The position numbers and the translations under genes are program-made. Of a stretch of 64,000 bases of DNA, positions 63,763-64,000 are shown one piece after another. A model generated the notes under the pieces. That model worked only from the letters and a program-made list of their open reading frames with translations, made no database searches and was not told where the DNA came from. Positions within the stretch are counted from its first letter, which is position 1; each line of letters begins with the position of its first letter. Origin of the DNA: Octopus vulgaris (taxonomy: Eukaryota); NCBI GenBank assembly GCA_951406725.2, contig OX597834.1, forward strand, positions 38,378,001 to 38,442,000, given 5' to 3'.

Positions 63763-64000
63763 AGTATATATATACACACATATATATGCATGCATGTAAA
63801 TATGTATGTGTGTGTGGTCTTGTGTAGCTGTTTTCCCCTTCTTTTTATCTTTATCCTTCTCTTGTATAAACAAAACCTGACTAGTGTCACCATTCAGTAC
63901 CAATCACTGATGAAGTAAAGTGTTACAATACTTTCTTCGCCCGGATTGCATAACCCCGCCGTAATATTCACTGAAACACATGTAAGATGTTAAATAGCTT

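Overview
This is a repeat-dominated, AT-rich eukaryotic window, either intronic or intergenic. The microsatellite density and tRNA-headed SINE families resemble the OK/OR-type SINEs of octopods, so a coleoid cephalopod (Octopus-like) source is likely; this is an inference and was not database-checked. No recognisable host protein-coding gene is present, and nearly all ORFs in the track are microsatellite translations or antisense shadows. The real coding remnants are retroelements: a young 5'-truncated Penelope-like element (RT C-terminus plus GIY-YIG, 21.0-22.7 kb) with an inverted pseudo-LTR, an RTE/BovB-like RT fragment, two R4/Dong-like fragments, a decayed Jockey/CR1/L2-type RT and a second Penelope fragment. 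Also present are hAT and Tc1/mariner MITEs, Helitron-like ends, fold-back elements and dozens of SINE copies. The most notable observations are (1) several non-canonical hammerhead-ribozyme-like motifs in Penelope termini, one with a compensatory U3:A8 core, (2) a four-level nested insertion at 14.2-16.2 kb, (3) head/tail shuffling among SINEs, (4) a conserved structured motif shared by two RTE-associated elements, and (5) candidate minus-strand host exons at about 40 and 52 kb. I found no convincing wholly new system. Coordinates of degenerate repeats are approximate, and family labels A-D are my own.
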